Source: Oopsacas minuta (lineage: Eukaryota > Animalia > Porifera). Taken from it: a stretch of DNA of 64,000 nt. The notes below the pieces were generated by a model that was not told where the DNA came from, did no database searches, and saw only the letters and a list, made by a program, of their open reading frames with translations. A program made the translations under genes and the position numbers. Within the stretch, counting starts at the first letter, position 1; each line of letters begins with the position of its first letter. Below, in pieces: positions 61,640 to 64,000 of the stretch. The stretch lies in the NCBI GenBank assembly GCA_024704765.1, contig JAKMXF010000343.1, positions 911,095-975,094 on the forward strand, read 5' to 3'.

Positions 61640-63307
61640 AACAAGAACACCCTACAGAGAGACATCTAGCTGAAGGACATTATGCCGAAGACATCTTACC
61701 GAAAGGATTTCATGCCGAAAATGTGATTAGGTGTGTGTACACAAACAATCTTATTGATGTCAAAAGGGGGGTCTATGTGCAAACATTGGATGAATAGTCC
61801 CTAGTTACGTTAAATCATTTTTTTGTAAACAATCCAAGAGAAAAGAGTATAAATATTTCTCAATTTATCTTGATTATAAAGTCGTGATATGAAAACGTTA
61901 AGAACTATTTTCCAAGGCAAAAAATTGACCTTTGATGGCTATGACTATATTACGGATCGACATTCGAATGAAGCAACCTACTGGGGTTGTGAGAAGAGGG
62001 GGAAATGCAATCGATGAATGACAGCATTTAGGCTAGATGGATTGATAAAAACATCCCTCTACTCATAACCATCCCACTGATCTTTCTTCTGTCGAAGCAG
62101 CACGGCAATTGAAGAGATAAAGTCTAGGGCCATATTGATAGATGAGACAACTTCTTCAGTAATCAACAAGTGTACAGAATCTATATCAATTCCCGCAGCA
62201 GTCAAACTACCTTCAAAGGAATCCCTGTCTAAAATAGTACGAAGGAAAAGGAAAGCAACAGAATTAGATATTTTTGATTCTGTTCATACAACTAGGGGAC
62301 ATAACTTTCTAATATTGAATAATCCAGAGTTGGAACTAATCGTACTTGGGACAGAAGACAACATCGTTGTGCTAATTAGCTACAAAGATTGGTTTTGTGA
62401 CGGAACATTCAATTCAGCTCCGATTGGATACCAGCTATACACAATTCACGCTTTGGTGAGTGAGAGTGCCACCATTTCATTGATTTTCTGCATCGCCAAA
62501 CAGAAATATGAAGTCCCAGAAGATAATGAAAGATTTCGAAAGAGCCGCTATAAATGCTAAGGCCAACATTTTCCATATGCTGATTTTCAGGGTGTTTTTT
62601 TATTTAGGACATGCGATTTGAAGACATATTCTATCTTTCGGGCTCCAACAACGATATCAAAATAAAGAAGAATTTGCCATAATTGTCAAGCAATTCCAGG
62701 CATTAGCTTTTGTACCGCCAATCGACGTCCTACCCTATGAACAATTAATAGATTCTTTAAGTGATCAACTCATTGCTGACCTAAGCAATTTTCTACAATA
62801 TTTTGAGAAAACCTGGATTGGAATCGAGCATCATGGGCGAAGAAGTCGTCCGCTTTTGGTATAGAATTGTGGAATGTAAGAGACAGTGTAGAGAGGTCCT
62901 TACCAAAGACAAATAATTCCGTAGAGGGCTGGCATCGAGCTTTTGACCAGAGGGTAAACATGAAGCATCTAACTACTTCAAAGCTCTTCAGAAAATTGTA
63001 GTCGAACAAAGCTCCCATGAGATAACTATGGCAAAAATTAGATACGGCCATGAGTTATCAAAGCCCAAGATGAAGTATGTTCAAATAAATCAAAATTGAA
63101 AAGTTGGTTAATCAATACGTTTACATGCCTCACATTGATTTTCTTCGTGGGATTTCACTGAATCTATCATTTAATTAATTCTTTTTATTTCTTTTCATTC
63201 AACTCTTCCAATTTATTGATATTCTTAGTTATTATATTTTCGGCATGAAATTCTTTCGGCATAATGTCCTTCGGCTAGATGTCTTTCGGCAAGGCGGGCG
63301 GACACGG
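61640..63307 (+). mobile_element. Decayed FLYWCH-MULE element
   Basis: Inverted terminal arrays AGACATCTAGC.GAAGGACATTATGCCGAA...TTTCATGCCGAAAAT; candidate TSD GATTTAGGG / TATTTAGGG. WFCDGTF, KTNNSVEGWHRAF and GISLNLSF motifs; ORF 62135-62560. Confidence 0.85.
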
Positions 63308-64000
63308 TATTTTAGGGTTCTACAATTAGGCATAAATGCATAAAATTAGTTTGGTGGAGTGTTTGTAATTTAATTAGCACTGTAATGTGTTTGTATTGTG
63401 CAGACTGCAATGCTATTGGTCAAGACATTCTATTATATCTACACTGATTATCATAGGATTAATCATATTTCATACTTTAGGTGAACACTTCAAAATTATC
63501 TTAGAGATTAGCTTCCGCTGGCAAATAGGGATAAACGGTAACATTTTAAAATGCCTAACAAAAATATAATAAATATTACTTCGAGCAAGGACAAATTTGA
63601 AATAGGACCAGGAAACCTGCGATATTAAATAGGATATTAAAATTTGAATATTTTCGGTATCGGATTAACTAAAACCATAACCAACTCCGGCTTTCTGGTA
63701 TGATAGATCAATTTACACATATCACAGGAAAATTCTTTCCCTGTTCTCAAGAACAATAACCTCGGATTGAGGATAAAAAAAGTACTATTTTCCATTTGAC
63801 TGGGTTCAACTACAACCAGAGACTTTGCGCTAAGCACTGTTGGTAGGCTTGATGATGGAAACAATCCTTATGATTACAACTACATGTGTGTAATCTTACA
63901 TCTACAATGTAATTTTTTCGTTAAGAAACACTACCTATAGATAAATAAATGGTGAAAAGTAATGGCTTAATGACACGGGCTGAAATCGAATCTTACCATT

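Noticed and set aside
63637-63864. Short ORF near the window end and other isolated 60-100 aa ORFs in AT-rich stretches
   Set aside because: No recognisable domain, splice context or homology; consistent with chance or decayed TE sequence.
1-64000. Uni-strand piRNA-cluster-like locus
   Set aside because: TE orientations are roughly balanced between strands; nothing in the sequence alone supports it.

Overview
AT-rich metazoan DNA, mostly transposon-derived. The intronless, divergent PI3K adaptor gene and the TE repertoire suggest a non-bilaterian or other invertebrate such as a glass sponge, but this is inference only. One clear host gene is present: an intronless PI3K regulatory subunit (p55/p85-type, SH2-iSH2-SH2) at 41454-42686. 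The rest is a nested mosaic of Tc1/mariner (DD37D maT, DD35E Tc1, DD34D mariner), FLYWCH-MULE, hAT, Merlin, Transib/RAG1-like, Helitron-like and MITE elements. The main find is a complete 5852-bp Ginger-type DNA transposon (54470-60321; perfect 25-bp TIRs, GGCC TSD). Its 7-exon gene can be spliced by hand into an 894-aa DD35E integrase fused to a C-terminal USP/peptidase-C19-like protease with an intact Cys-His-Asp triad, and it carries only one +1 homopolymer lesion. Its empty target site survives about 4 kb upstream in a near-identical 599-bp inverted duplication, indicating recent insertion. Other notable items: a decayed RAG1-like transposase with an NBD-like segment, a MITE with CACAGT ends, a 2.5-kb MULE palindrome, a MULE with a RING finger, and a decayed OTU/PHD/Ulp1-like cassette. 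No rRNA, tRNA or CRISPR array was recognised. All alignments and domain calls were made by eye.
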